From NCBI GenBank assembly GCA_965112155.1, contig OZ218106.1: a stretch of 64,000 nucleotides of DNA; one strand, given 5' to 3'. This document shows positions 24,981-40,221 of the stretch, one piece after another. A program made the position numbers and the translations under genes. The stretch's first letter is position 1. Each line of letters starts with the position of its first letter. The notes under the pieces were generated by a model, which did no database searches, had not been told where the DNA came from, and worked only from the letters and a program-made list of their open reading frames with translations. This DNA is from Podarcis liolepis. Taxonomy: Eukaryota.

Positions 24981-26702
24981 AGGTTCTAAACTAGGGGTGG
25001 ACAACCTCTGCACCCTTCCTCTCCTGTTTGGGCTGCATTCTCTCAGTGGTAATCTCTGGAGCTCAAAGTGGATGGAGCTGGAGCCCGTGGTGGGTTGGTG
25101 GGGCCATTCCTTCTCATTAACCCTGCAATGTAACAGCAGTAGTCAAAATAATAATGAATGCTAATATAGTGAAATAATTAAGTGAAATATTGTGCAAAAA
25201 ACCCCAATGTTTTAAATCAAAGCAAGCCTCTGAAATACATAAACCACGGTCTGCAGTGATTTATGGAAAACACCCTCTCCTGTATTTGAAAACATGGGCT
25301 ATAAAAACTATTGTGAATGAATTACTTTATGGTTGGTAGAAAGAATTAAGATAATCTCAAAGATTTACCCAGACTGAAAATACTCCTGGTCATATGAAGG
25401 AAAGCCAGCATGAGAATGCACAATCTAAAGTTAATGGAAGCAGATGTTCTAATGCGCGCAGAAGAAAATAATGGCTACTCAAAACAAGTGTTTTTGCTGA
25501 TTTGGGGCAGCAAATCGTCATTTATTTTGTTTTTACTGCTAGGGAGCGGTGAAAATGTTTTATTCTGCCTCTGCTGTTAAAACAACCTGGCTGGATCTGG
25601 ATACTGTGGGGTCAGGGGGGCAGGGGGCAGAGTTCCACTTTAAGCAGTAAAAATAAAATAAAATGTATTGGATCAGTCCTTCTGTTAGAATATAGGATAA
25701 ATACAGATGAACATTTACCAAGTGTTGAGTTACCATGACGGACATACAGTCATCATATTCGTAGTGTCCTCTCATGTTGTGAGGAGAATTTTCCTCCACA
25801 CTTACACCCAGTCGCAATACCAGCTAACAAGAGGATAAGTGAAACTCTCTTATCCATGAAAGAAGATAATCAACTCTCTGTGTGGCCCTAGCAACTTTAA
25901 GTGTGAGTCCTCCCTCTGTAATGAAAGCAAACAGAGATATTTCCTTCATATTTCTTTAGGTACATTTGCAAATGCACTTTCAGTGCAATCACGTATAGGT
26001 CCTGCTGAATTCACTGAGGCTTATTTGCAGGTGTGCCCATTAAATTTCTCCTAAATAATTAGAGAAGGTATTGAATACTCAATGAAGTTTATTGTTGTGC
26101 TCAGTATGAAACTCATGTCCAGTAGCACAAGCTGTTGTACTAGCACGTATGAATGTAAAATGGGCTGGGGGTGGGGACAATGACAACTGCTGTGCTAGCA
26201 CACTGTCATAATGTGCAACATTGCTCTGGCTGTCTTGCTAGGCATTCAAGGGTGTTTTCAAAACCCAGTATTGTTACCTTAGAGACTGCCTCTCTCCTTG
26301 CGCAACACCACAGAACTGCCTGAGATTGCTTGAGTATGTGTTGCCCTTGTGTAGCTGCAAGGGCTTTAAGGAGTTTCTGTAGAATTTATGCCTCTTATGA
26401 CATTGGTTCAGTAAATCCCAATGGCCTTCTAGTAACACTGGGACTGATTAGACATTATATTAAGCGTCATATTGAGTAGTGGTGAAGCCAAAATGTGAAG
26501 AATTCATTTAGTGTTGCCACATTAGTCTCAAATCAATGTCTCTAAACTTTCTCCAGAGACTGGTATTTTTCTCACAGTTGTAAGCCATACTACTTGCTTC
26601 TTATAACAGCGTTCACAACACTGTCAGTTTGATTGTTGTGAGGTACATCTTGATAAATCAAACATTTCTAGTCAGAAACATAACAAATGAAATAGTTACT
26701 GT

Positions 26703-26982
26703 GGCCCATTTTGCCCTGTACATTTAAAGCTGTATCGTACTCCTTTAAACAATCATGACTTCCCCCAAAGAATCCTGGGAACTATCGCTCACAGACCTTC
26801 AATTCACAAAGTTCCCTAAACCACTTTGTTAAACCACTCTGAGAATTGTAGTTCTGTGAAGGAAATAGGGATCTCCAAACAACTCTCAGCACTCTTAAGA
26901 AACTACAGTTCCCAGAATTCTTTGGAGGAAGCCATGACTAATCTAGCATGATACTGCTTTAAATGCAAAGTGCAGATGGGGC
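26703..26982. mobile_element. Palindromic non-autonomous DNA element (PIF/Harbinger-like)
   Basis: GGCCCAT...ATGGGGC ends with long internal inverted arms (caaagaatcctgggaact / agttcccagaattctttg). Further degenerate copies near 45036-45195 and 61830-61950. Confidence 0.55.
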
Positions 26983-28110
26983 TTAGATGCCTGGTGGGGT
27001 GCCCTCTCTATTCCTGGAGGCCTTCAAGCAGAGACTGAACCTGCAGCCTTCTGCTTGGGATGACCTGAACGGGATCACAAGTCTGAGTGGGTAAGACCCC
27101 GCTACCATGTCCAGCAGCTATGCCTTACCAAATTTGCTTGGAGCATGTGAGAAAGGGCCCTACTCCCATACACCAATGGATATAGATTCATAGAGCCCTT
27201 TCTTCAATGCCTTAATGTCCTTCACTTGTCTTCTCATTGCATGAGAGGGTTGTCTGAAGCCATGCATTATACCAGTTTAAAGAAGAGCAAGTATATTTGT
27301 TCCCATGAAAATATAGGTAAAACAAAGTCTTTCTGGACCCCCAAACAAGGAGCTCTGTCTACGAATTGCCTGTTCAAAGTACATTTGATATATTTACATC
27401 TACAACAGCTGGATGCAGGGACAGATTGATGTGTAGTGGATTTCTTACAGGCAATATCTAGCTTCTTATTAGGGAATTGGGAAAATTGTGTGTTAGCCAT
27501 TCTCTGATGACAAAATGGGACAGAAGCCTTGTGTTCAGTTCAAGGATTTAGTTGTCATGGTTTTTGAGAAAACATCAAGATTTGGCTTAAAGATGGCACA
27601 AATTCTCTGTTGAAAAGAGTTGGATTCTGTATAGCTAATTAAAAGTGTTTGCTTGTTTTGCATAATTTTATGAACTTACGCTAACCATGGGGAAAGGAAA
27701 TGAACTATGCAAGACATTGAGGGCCATATCCAATCTGCTGATCCACCAGCGCAGTAGAGTTCAGTTGACACAACAGAACTTTTCCCTCCTTGCCACTGCA
27801 GGCCCCTGCACACTCAAAATCTGATCTAGAGGTTAGGAAGACCTTCTGGAAGAGATTTTTAGGACACACAGAGAGAGGAGAGTAAATGAAGTCCTCTTCC
27901 TTGAGTGGAACTTTGTGCATACAGCAGTGGATGTAAACCTGAGACCCTGGAAATGTCATTCAACCATCTTCTACAATTTAGTGGATGTTACCTATACATA
28001 TTCAAGCATAGTACTAAGGTGCGGAAATTAGTCCTTCCCCTCATAATAATCCTTCACAAGCTAAATTTAACAGCCATGCCACTTTCTAAACTTTTTTTTT
28101 TTTTTGTATA

Positions 28111-28344
28111 CAGTGGTACCTCGGGTTACATACACTTCAGGTTACATACGCTTCACGTTACAGACTCCGCTAACCCAGAAATAGTGCTTCAGGTTAAGAA
28201 CTTTGCTTCAGGATGAGAACAGAAATCGTGCTCCGGCAGCAGCGGGAGGCCCCATTAGCTAAAGTGGTGCTTCAGGTTAAGAACAGTTTCAGGTTAAGAA
28301 CGGACCTGCGGAATGAATTAAGTACTTAACCTGAGGTACCACCT
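28111..28344 (+). mobile_element. Tigger/pogo-like MITE, family copy 1
   Basis: TA|CAGTGGTACCTCGGGTTA...TTAACCTGAGGTACCAC; near-identical to the copies at 40222, 43803 and 58415; last two terminal bases mutated. Confidence 0.85.
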
Positions 28345-31091
28345 TATATACAAAAATCACATAATAAACATAGTCTTGCCAATGGTGTTTTATCACTTTA
28401 TATACTGCGGAAGATTCATGTCAAGATTAAGTGGGATATGGGTGGGCTTCTTCCTTTTGTGGAAATGATAGGTAAGGGGTGCATGTATTGTGTATGATAT
28501 CTGAGTTAGAATTCATATGAAATATGGATCAGAGAGATGGTGTGGGTGCCACGCAGCATTCTGTCTTTCATCCAGAGAGACTGGGCAGACCAAGCCATTT
28601 TCCTGAGATTTTTTCTCATATAAATTTCACTTCAGCCTTTAAGTTCTAACCCCATAAACCTGACCGAGGGGGACATCATCCCAAGCTTTCAAGTCCTCAT
28701 GATATGTGCACATAAGAACCCCAGAATATTCAGAATATGTTAAGTTTCATGGTTTGCTTGTTTATTTGAGTTATACTCTGTGCTTTAACAGGTCGGGGGG
28801 GGGAGTTAAATTTGCTTGCAGATGGCTTGCAAAACGTTCAATTGCAACACAACAAAATTAAAACAAAAACATTAAAACAAGAATATCAGAACATTGCTTT
28901 TATACCACTCTTTTACATTGCAATCAGTGGAACCAAAAGAAAACAAAGACAAACAAACATTAAGAGTAGCCAAATAACCTTTCTGGAAGTCTAGGCATGA
29001 AGTCTGACTGATTGTTTCTCTTCTACTTACAGTTTCTTCTCTCTGTCTTGCCTCTCTAACTTGTCTCTCATGCCTTGGATATATTAAAGTTAACATGCTT
29101 TAGTTCTGGTTATTCCCTTCGAACAGCATGGAATGATGCTTATGCGCTCTGAAGAAGCAACTGAGCAGCACATTTAAAAGGTCCACAACTTTGTGGGTAT
29201 TTGGAGAGGAAATGTAATTTTGTTTTCTTACTAACTCTGCAGGCATGCACCCACTGGCAGAAACCACATCTAAAGAATGCTGCACCAGCAAGCACCGGAG
29301 ACAGCATGCTGCAACATCAGAGCCATTGCTTTTGTATTACCAATTACAGTTTTAAATTTGGTTTGGAAGTTTCAGCAGGTGGCTAAAGTATGCAGATATC
29401 TAATTAATTATATAGATGAGGCTTACTCTGAAAGGGGGAAATTTTGATAATAAGCAGTCTACCCTTTCACTCATTTATAGCAAATTAGATGGTACCAAAA
29501 TACATCAAATCACAGAGCATTCTGTACGATTCTAAGAACTGCCACACAGCAGACCTGGAAAAGGAGCGATGTTAAGGGAATCCCGTGGTGCCCAAACACA
29601 CTGACATTGCAGATAAATCTTGAAGGAAAGACAAGAGAGTTAATTCAGTTGCAACAGTACATAATCTCATGAATGGCTCTCTGGTGAAGTCATAATTAAG
29701 CGCCTACATGCATGGGGGTGCCCAGTAATATTTTCCAGAAGCTCTTGCTGTCAACAAGGACCTGGAAATTTGGCTGTTAGAATGGTCCTACACAGACCTG
29801 TTAGAAACTGTAATATTCATCAGTTGCTACACCACTTTTGTCAGTTCCGATTAGGAACAACACTTGTTTTCAAGCTTAAGATGTAGTGACAAGTGTCAAA
29901 TTAAATTTTTCATCTTTCAGCATATTCAAGTGTTGCTCCTCTTGGATCTGTGTAGAAAAAGAGTGGGGGTGGGGGGGGGAGCTCACAATCCTACTGTAAC
30001 AGAATAAGGACAGACATAATTGTCATTTATAATATCCTTGGCTGCCGGCTGGCAGACCTGAAAGCCTGGTAATTTGATTTGCTTGATCTGTGATTTCTCC
30101 CCTTGTTACAGGGATTGAACAAGTATTTGTTTTCTCACAGCTTGCAAAGGATCTTAATTTTGCATATTGCTTTTCAGGTATATTACAGCTGATATACCTA
30201 TAACAACAAAGGAGACCAGGGTTTGTGGGGAACTCACAAGATGGAAGCTTTTCAGTTTCTTCACAATCTACAAACAGAATAAAAAAAGGGGGAAACAATG
30301 TGGTAACTAGTTCAAAGATAATCCCTTTAGTTATCGTGTGAAATTTAGGCTTTCATATGAATGTGCACATGAAATGCCTTCAGATCTCAGCCTGCACATT
30401 ACAATCTACTATTTTGTTTTGAATGAATAGTGCCGTGACTAGCTGCTTAAGTAGTAGCAATAGATAAGCTTCAACTTAACAGTCTAATGATATCCTCTTT
30501 CAGGCTGGTAAGTAGAAATGATATTTTCTTTGGCTTTCCCTGGGTCCAGTGAGAATATGATTAAAATTCCCTTTACATAAAAGCAAGGAACACATGGTGA
30601 ACAGAAAAGCATATCTTTAATCAAAAGGGATGCATCCTCAAGCCTCCAGCATGTTATTCACCGTTGTGTGTGGTGGAACCTATCTTTCTTGATCTTCAGA
30701 AATTCAAAATTAATGCTTTGAACATATTCCAGCTATGCAAACCTTTTGCATTTCTTTGTAGCTGTGTAAGAAAATTATTTTTTTATAGTTATTTGTTTTT
30801 GGCGTCCCAGCAAGCTATATTTTAAAGACGGTGACCTTTATTCCATATTTGTTTACACTTTCACCTAATATGAATACACTGAAATACACAAATGGCAGAG
30901 ATAATGGAAGAGGTTAATTGTTGAGTCAATGCTGATGGTTTGGACCTGAGGTACAAATCTTCTGTCTTACTTTTTTCTGCGCCTGTCTTTCATTTCACCA
31001 AGAGACGACTTCATAGACTTCAGTGGGACTTTTGCCTGGATATAGGAACATGGCAGCCTTATACCAAGTAAAACTAATGGTCCAGATAGTT

Positions 31092-31226
31092 CAGTCTTCC
31101 CAACCTGGTGACCGCAAGATAGTTTGGACTACAATTCCCATCAGCCCCAACGAGCATGGTTGCATTCGCTGAGGCTGATGGGAGCTATAGACCAAAAGGT
31201 GGAGGGCACCAGGTTTGGGAACACTG
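31092..31226. mobile_element. Short hAT (URR1/Charlie-like) MITE
   Basis: CAGTCTTCCCAACCT...AGGTTTGGGAACACTG with an internal 'ggactacaattcccatca...tgatgggagct' palindrome; imperfect TSD AGATAGTT / AACTAGTT. Confidence 0.65.
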
Positions 31227-32597
31227 AACTAGTTCACTAAGAACTATAGGCAGCTGCCTTATACTGAGTCTGACTATAGGTCCATCTAGCTCCATATTGT
31301 CTACAATAATGGGCAGTGGCTCTCAAGAGTTTCAGACTGGGGTCTCACTGATAAATATTCCATTATAATTGGGATTTTGAAAGCAGCTTCCCAGAGCTTG
31401 CCAAATGACACAGCCAACCAGGCAAAGCATGACACAGGATGAAATAGTCTCCCAAAACACTGTGGCTGAGTGAGAGTGGCCAAATATTGCTGTTGGCAGC
31501 ATGCAACAAAGAGATCTGCAGTTTAAAGGTGCAAAAAGACCCAAATCCAAGATAATGCAGTTGTATATTTGAGGATAAAAAAACCACCCTTGGTCTGCAA
31601 ATGCTGGGCAGGTCCATCTCCTTATTGGCTGGGCAGGTCCATCTCCTTGCATGGATTGGCTGGCTCAGACACATATCAGAAAACTGCTGGGTGATTCCTG
31701 CTGTTATTCATCCCTCAGCCTGCTTCCTGCAAAGTCCTGTAGTTGGGTGATAACTTGCCACCTGTCTCCACCACCCACAATTGCACACACACACTGATAT
31801 TCCCTCTGCTTATGGCCTGAATGTCCTTGTTTGGTTTAAGCATCCATCTACAAAAGGTACAGGGCAAGCTTATTTTTGATTAGAAGAAAAATCTTTTTTA
31901 AATTATTTTAAAAAGTTCTTACACTGCAATAGGTATATATGACAGAGGTAGGGAAGGTTGTACAATATATTCTTATCCTAGATGTATTGCCCCGAAAATC
32001 CTCAAAGGGGATTTTAAAAAACGATAAAGCAATCCTAAGAAATTATCCTTATCTTCTCAGATATTAAACTTCAGCTGTAGCTGCTGGGAAGATCAGCTTT
32101 TCTCCTGATTGCCTTATTCTTCCTACTGGCTCATAGTCATCAAAGCTATAAATCGATATGGAGTGTCAGTGGGAGGTTTCTGTTGTGTTGTTACAGGAAA
32201 GGAGCCACCGACATTTAAGGAATCGCCTTTCACGAATCAAGCTGTTAGCCAATAGAAAATCGGACTGCTTCATGGAGCAGAATAGCAGAATCAGCTATTT
32301 TGTAGGGTGGCAGTATATCTACACTTGTTAACACATAAACATTTATCCAATATCCAGGAATAAAATGTGAGCAGAAAGCAATTGCATCTGAATAGCTCTG
32401 TTATATTTTTTAATAATTGCAATACACTAAACAGCCTTTGATTAAGCTCCTATTTCTACTTGCTAATCTTTCAGTTTTCTGTATTTTCCAATAGAATTCC
32501 CCTTCAAGATGAAGAAGTGGTGCTTTACATCTACTGGTTAATACATGCAGTTAAGATTTTTGACACGAATCTTTCATTAAGGGCTGCCCTACCCAGA

Positions 32598-32817
32598 GAG
32601 AGACAACATGGTCTAGTGCTTAGTGGTGGACCAGGACTTGGGGTACCAGGGTTCAAATATCCACTCATCTGCTGATGCTCATTGGGACCAGACCCTGTCC
32701 CTCAATTTAGTTTACTTCACAGGGTTGTTGTGATGATAATTTGGTGAGGGGCAGAATTATGCATGCCACCTTGAGCTCCTTCGATGGAATTACTGGGGTA
32801 TAAATGCAATAAATAAA
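32598..32817 (+). mobile_element. Old CORE/MIR-like (Squam3-type) SINE
   Basis: tRNA-like head (tggtctagtg...gggttcaaatatcc), CORE-like 'cttcacagggttgttgtga', L2-type 3' end and (AATA) tail. Confidence 0.6.
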
Positions 32818-32866
32818 AAGACTAACAGCACAATCTCGTGGCATGAGATAGGATTGCTCTATAAAT

Positions 32867-32984
32867 TAAGGTTACCAGATGTCCCCATTTCCCAGGGACA
32901 GTTCCCGGATTTACAAATAAGTTGTAAATCAATTGAAGTTGAAAAGTGTCCCCGGATTCATTGAAAAAAAATCTGGTAACCTTA
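32867..32984. mobile_element. 118-bp MITE
   Basis: Perfect 14-bp TIRs TAAGGTTACCAGAT / ATCTGGTAACCTTA. Confidence 0.7.
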
Positions 32985-35058
32985 CTATAAATGTATGTAA
33001 ATACCCTGCATCATGCATAAACAAGTCACTGTTAAGAAAAAGAGTTGTGATTTCATAGTTGCATGTCCCAATGACTATATTCTTTTCATGGTAACACCAT
33101 ATTGAACTGTTGTTCAGGACCATTAATGGAGAGGTACACTGAAGAGTTTGGCCCTGTGGGTCCAGAAGGTAGAGGTCAGCCCAGAGACATTGTGGATAAA
33201 CTCTTTCCCCCTGTAGCTCCAAGGGACCTATCACTTCTTACTCTTTAAGATCACCCATTGTGGAAAATGCTAGTGAATGACCTTTTTTTGTGGGGCAGAC
33301 GTTGAAGATCTTGCCACCCAAAGGCTGCAGTGCTAGATGTAATACTCAGTTGCCCTGGGAGTAGCCTGAGAAACTCAACACCCAGAATCACAAAAAATAT
33401 AGGAGTGCTTTCTCCTTTAAACATTGTTATATATTTATTCTGAAAATTTAGAAAACTTGCTTGAGAAAAAAAATTAAAGGAAAAGAGGTTTCTCTTGCGT
33501 GTTGGGTATATGGACCTGCTAAGCTTCAGTTCTTTAAGTATGTACAATCCTATAGATAGCCTGGATAACATTTAGCCCTCTTGTATAGTTTGTTCATTGC
33601 TGTGACTCTGTGTAAAGTGTTCTACATACAATAAAATTGTATAACCAGTTTTGAGCTGCCCCAGGTGTGGGTGGATGGATATAGCACTTAGCTTGCAAAA
33701 TTCTATCAAGATGGATTGATTTCTAATTTATAGCAGAACAGGGTATTCACACCACAAAGCCAGCTGAGGCTTCTAGTTGCACATGAAATATCTGATGAGT
33801 ATTTTGTTGTCTAATGAGAGCACAAAAGTCACGGAGAGTTTATGAATCTTTCATGCATGCCAAGTACAAAACAAAAAGGATGTTTATGTGATGCGAATGA
33901 TTTATGTGTTTTCTGTAAATAATGCACTCTCCCTGTGTTTAGCAATTTATCTGTTTTTAATTTTTCCCTCACAGTAATAAAATGAAAACACACACACACA
34001 CACGTTGCTTTACCCACCCCAGTAGTGACATATTCTAGGTGTCTGCAGCTTTAAAAGGAGATAAACTAATCATACAGCATTCATAGTCTAGAGCTGAGAA
34101 CTGCTCATCATTCCAGTTCTCTGATTAGATGTAGCCCTAAGAATAGAGAATCATTTCAGTAATATGCCAAAAAAAATTTTTTTAAAAAATAACTGAGTCA
34201 TAGGTCTAAGAAGAATGATATCTGGGACACAGTGATTAATTTGGCATATTACTATTGTAATTTTATAGCAATTGTTAAGTTGTTAAGTTCTTATCTAATA
34301 TAACAGGGTTAATCACTTTGTAGGTCCAGAACAAGAGGCTGTTTATTGAAGAACAAGTCATCACACAACTGCATAGGAAACAAAGTAATTACCAGGACAA
34401 ACTAAAAGGTGCAGTCTTAGAGTGTGTTCACATTACTGCCTTAAGAGTGAAGTGAAGCGAAGTGAAGTTCCTCACCCACTGGTGCATTTCAGAACCCTTT
34501 GTCCCCTGGCTGTTCACAGCAACACAGCGTCAATTTATTTCTGTTTGTGTACACAACATGGATGTGGCAGGGCAGGGATGTCTTTACGCTATGCAAAGGT
34601 GTTCGCACCTTGGCTAAAATGAAAAGCTTAATAACTCCAATTAATGCGAAACTGGTTTGAGAAACAATGCATCTGACAGTTGTATCATATAACAAAGAAC
34701 AGAATGCATATACATTTTGGATAGCATCACATGAAGATTAAAAATCCAGCATTGGAAACTGCAGTGAGTGCACAGTATATGATAGCATGAACAAAGCCTT
34801 AGTTCCAACCCATAATAACTGGAGACAATATTTAACTTTGTCAGTACCCATTACCACACAGGGGTTTGAAGTTGTAGGGAATTATGCAATTGTAGTATCC
34901 AAATAAGTCATTTTAGAAATCTAATCTTAACGAAAAGAAAAAGATTAACAGCACAATGCTAACCATGTCTACTTGGAAGTAAGTTCTGTTGACTCCAGTG
35001 TGGTTTACTTCCAGGCAAGTGGGGTTAGGATTGCAGCCTTAAACAGTTTTCTTTGAGG

Positions 35059-35612
35059 CTTCTTCTTCTTTCTTCTTTGGCGATCACTCATAGCTGAGTA
35101 AGATTGTCTTCCATAAAAATGGTTTTAACAATGAGTCCGTAAGTGACTGTGGAGGCCAATTCTGGATGCACACGTCCTTCCACAGTGAAACATTGGTTTC
35201 CGGGCAGGAGTTGATCACGGTGTGGATTTGCCAAGTGTGCCTTCCTCCTAGCACGTTTCTCCCTTGCATCCTGAGTTCGAGTGTCTTCCAAGCCCATGAC
35301 ACCTTTGGTAAAGGCTGTTCTCCAACTGGAGCACTCGCAGGCCAGTGTTTCCCAGTTGTCAGTGTTTATACTACATTTTGAAAGATTTGCCTTGAGACAG
35401 TCTTTAAACCTCTTTTGTTGACCACCAGCATTATGCTTTCCATTTTAAAGTTCAGAATAGAGTAGTTGCTTTGGAAGACGATCATCAGGCATCTGCACAA
35501 CATGACCAGTCCAACAAAGTTGATGTTGAAGAATCATTGCTTCAACACTGGTGATCTTTGCTTCTTCCAGTACAGTGGTATTAGTTTGCCTGTCTTCCCA
35601 AGTGATGTGTAA
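35059..35612 (-). mobile_element. RTE-clade LINE, 5'-truncated 3' end
   Basis: Minus translation HITWEDRQTNTTVLEEAKITSVEAMILQHQLCWTGHVVQMPDDRLPKQLLYSEL*NGKHNAGGQQKRFKDCLK...WETLACECSSWR matches the RTE C-terminus; (GAA)n tail at 35059-35077. Confidence 0.85.
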
Positions 35613-35716
35613 CACTGGAGGAAGTGAGGAAGCTAGTGTCTAACATGGCTGTGGGAATGCAAATACCTTCCACCTGAAGACTGCCCACCTTGCAAGAGCT
35701 AAAAATGTGCACCTCC

Positions 35717-36070
35717 GTAAAGGTAAAGGGACCCCTGACCATTAGGTCCAGTTGTGACCAACTCTGGGGTTGCGGCGCTCATCTCGCTTTATTGGCCGAG
35801 GGAGCCGGCGTACAGCTTCTGGGTCATGTGGCCAGCATGACTAAGCCGCTTCTGGCGAACCAGAGCAGCGCACGGAAACGCAATTGACCTTCCTGCCGGA
35901 GTGGTATCTATTTATCTACTTGCACTTTGATGTGCTTTCGAACTGCTAGGTTGGCAGGAGCTGGGACCAAGCAATGGGAGCTCACCCCGTCGTGGGGATT
36001 CGAACCGCCGACCTTCTGATTGGCAAGTCCTAGGCTCTGTGGTTTAACCCACAGTGCCACCTGCGTCCCT
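35717..36070 (-). mobile_element. Sauria SINE (full length)
   Basis: tRNA-derived head with B-box (ggttcgaatcc on minus, about 35997-36007), Sauria SINE body, (ACCTTT)n tail, 11-bp TSD TGTGCACCTCC (35706-35716) / TGTACACCTCC (36071-36081). Confidence 0.9.
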
Positions 36071-36711
36071 TGTACACCTCCATACAGGCCCCTAAATCCA
36101 GTTGCTTCTTTTTGACAACACTTTTTCAGAAGGAGACCCATAAAGTTTTCCCCACTTGACGATTCAAAGTTGGATCCAGGTAGATTCTGCTCAAACCAAC
36201 TACCCAGCTGTGTAATTTAGTTACCTATGTTTGTTAGGTTTTGTTGATTTTACCTGTGTTTTACTGATAATTATATTTGGAGAGTCTTCTGGTTAGGTGC
36301 TCTTTAAATTGCTCTAAATACAAAAAAATATAAATGAAATAAAATCTTATGGATCACAACAGGAAGGGTTAGTCTAAAGAATGCAAACTATTTTGTTTTG
36401 TTTGTTTTGTTCACATACTTTGTTCACATACATAGTAATAACCCACTTCTTCTCTCCTAAACCTCTCTTAGGTTCCCTGTGCTAGCCATTACCTATGTTA
36501 GTTTAGTTTTGCAGCATTTAATAATGTCAGTAATCTGTTTCATATCTTTGTGATGCATGACCACAACAAGAGCTGATAAAAGAAGCAATGCCATGCATAT
36601 CATGGCATGTCAACCCCGTAAGTTACAGGTTAAAGGACATAATATTCTAGAGTCCAATATGCAGAACATTATGAGGTATTAGAGATGAGCAATGCACATG
36701 TGGCAGTAATA

Positions 36712-36833
36712 TAATTTATTATCTATTATCTATTATTTATTATTAATAATACCTCACCCATCTGGCTGGGTTTCCCTAGCCCTTCTGGGCGGCTCCCAAC
36801 AGAAGATTTAACAGAATAAAACATCAAACATTA
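36712..36833 (-). mobile_element. L2 LINE extreme 3' end (left part of the split element)
   Basis: The reverse complement matches 52930-53020 (…gccgcccaga…gaaacccagccagatggg…) and ends in a (TAA/AATA)n tail. Confidence 0.8.
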
Positions 36834-37714
<881 letters not shown>

Positions 37715-39402
37715 TATGTTGACTGACTGCCACTGTCTGCAACAGCTGTGGCCTCACTTGTCAGTAACAGCACTACACAAAATTCTTTTGAGGACATAAT
37801 AAATATAAATAATAGTTGGCTAAAGTTCTTAATGCTTCAAAGCATCAAACATTTTGTGTGCTTGAGTTAAATGTTTATCTTACAGTCTCAGCCCAAAAGC
37901 TCAAATTTTGCTGTTTTTCTATCATATTATTCTATTCCTGCCCAATTCCACACTATAGCTGAGATCCCATTCATTTTCCACTTGCTGTTTGAAGCCCTAG
38001 ACTAATGAGCAGACACAGGTCAATGAGCTGCAAACCTTTGTGACCAGAGGAAACACTACCCAGTGCACTGTAGTTTCCTGATTTATCATTAATGAGTACT
38101 AATAATTGCATATTATATTCCAAGTATAATTTTCATAATTTATGTTTTGTTTAAATTAGATAAGCTTAATTAGAGTACATTTTATTTTGAACTTCAGGGG
38201 TCCTTTAACTGTTGAGAGGAAAGTCCTCTTTATTAAACATACAGCAGTGATTAGTAGCACTACTATCTCGATTGTTGTCAGATTATGTTAAGGCGCCTTG
38301 CAAATCATTCTGTCTGTCATGTTTTCTCTACTGGTTTCAGGGAAATTCTGATATTGCTATCTTTAGGAAGAAAGATAAAAAACAAGTTAACTTGCACTCA
38401 CATTTGGGGTTAGCATATTTGATGTAAGGATGAGAGAGGGACATTACATTTGTGGCAGATTGATTCTGCCAACAGGTAGATGAAAATAACAACACAGGAA
38501 GAAAAATTGCTGCTATTATAAGGGATGCAAGTATGTGGGCCTTGTGCATTCCAGCTCATTTCTCTGATGACTTAGGAGATATGAATGATACGTCTCAAGC
38601 ATCACTTGTCTTGTGCTTGCACATGTTGATTCTATTTATGCAAGCAAATTAGGGAATGTAGAAGAAGAAAAAGGGAGATCACAATTTAAGTTGCGTTATA
38701 ATAAAAAGTGTAGGTAAATGTATGGAAGGTATTTGTGTCAGTGGCTATTGCCCATAATAATCAAAACTGAAATGTCTGTTTTAAGAGAGGGTATGTCCCT
38801 GACTACTAATAAATGCTGAGGGCTAATAGCAGGACACTGATGTTGTCGTCATACCCTGATTCTGAACTTCCCTGTGGGCTCCTGCTTTATGGATGTTATT
38901 GGACTCCACTCTTATCAGCCCCCAGATAGTATGATTATTGGTCAGGGATAATGGGAACTGGAGTTCAACAATAGCTGAAGGACTGCAGGTTCCCTATCCC
39001 TGAAGAAGATAGAGATAGACATTTGACGTGGTTGAACATGGACCACTGTTCATTTGTTCTTCGTATCTAACAATGTAATTCCTGACATTATTATTCAGAG
39101 CTGAATTGTGGACTGTACTGTAATGCCTGAAGGAATGATCTACATAAGGAATTTACATATGCCCAACCACCCGTGATGGAGCAAATGAAAAGTTATTGGA
39201 GGCAGGGGTGCTGAAAAATCTTGAGCAGAGCAAAGATGACAGATTACAGAACACATAAAATAAAAATGTATCAAACTTGTAAGCATAGCTTTTGTTATTT
39301 TAATAAGACCACTTTTCCTTGGGAGCTTCAGCAAAGAATCACTGTAGTAACTTAGGTAGGCTAATAATATTTACAAATGAAGCATCTGAATTCACAACCG
39401 TT

Positions 39403-39404
<2 letters not shown>

Positions 39405-39488
<84 letters not shown>
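39405..39488. repeat. (TG)19(AG)23 compound microsatellite
   Basis: Directly visible perfect repeats. Confidence 0.97.
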
Positions 39489-39490
<2 letters not shown>

Positions 39491-40221
39491 AGTATATACA
39501 TTATAAGTGGCATAGTACTTGGATTAGGTTGACTTCATTTTGTCTCCTATAATATATGAAATGGTAAAAGTAATAGCTTTATTTAGTGCCTTCTGTGAAA
39601 AATGGGTTCTAGTTCAAAAGGCAGCATGAAGCAGATGTGCACTATAAAAGTTGACTGCTGATGGTTGATTTGCTTTATAAACCAGCAATTTCCATACTCC
39701 TGGGTTGGAAGAACATGTAAATGGGTGGGTATCAACTTGTTGGAAGTAGATGCTCCTGATAAAGTGGTAAGCGGCTCTAATGAAGATGCATGGCTGGAAC
39801 TCAAGCAAAGGAAACATCCCATTGGTAGTTTCTCTTAGTCAAATAATATTAGAAATGTGTTTAGCCACAATCATTCCCACGTTTCAGGAGAGGGAACTGA
39901 GTCTGTGAAGCTGTACTGGGGCTGAGTGAGTTAATAGCTGAGCTGGGAAATGGCTTGCTTTTCCAAGTCCAGGCTGTGTCCATTGCAGAGCAGGCCCATT
40001 TTATGGAGCCTGCATAAAGCATCTGGAGCTTAGTTTGAAATAATTGAACTTGCTATGCATCAACTAGTGATGAACTCAATGGGAAGCTGCTTTGGGGGAA
40101 AACAACAACATTCAGTAGCAATGAAAAGTATCCTTCCATTTGGAAACTTTTCATTATTGACCTTATTCTTAGGTGGCTTTAAGACATTGCCACACAGCCA
40201 AATCTGACTTGCTACCTAGTA

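Noticed and set aside
35990-36070. tRNA genes (also 51180-51231 and 56400-56472)
   Set aside because: These are tRNA-derived SINE heads attached to SINE bodies and tails, without intact cloverleaves.
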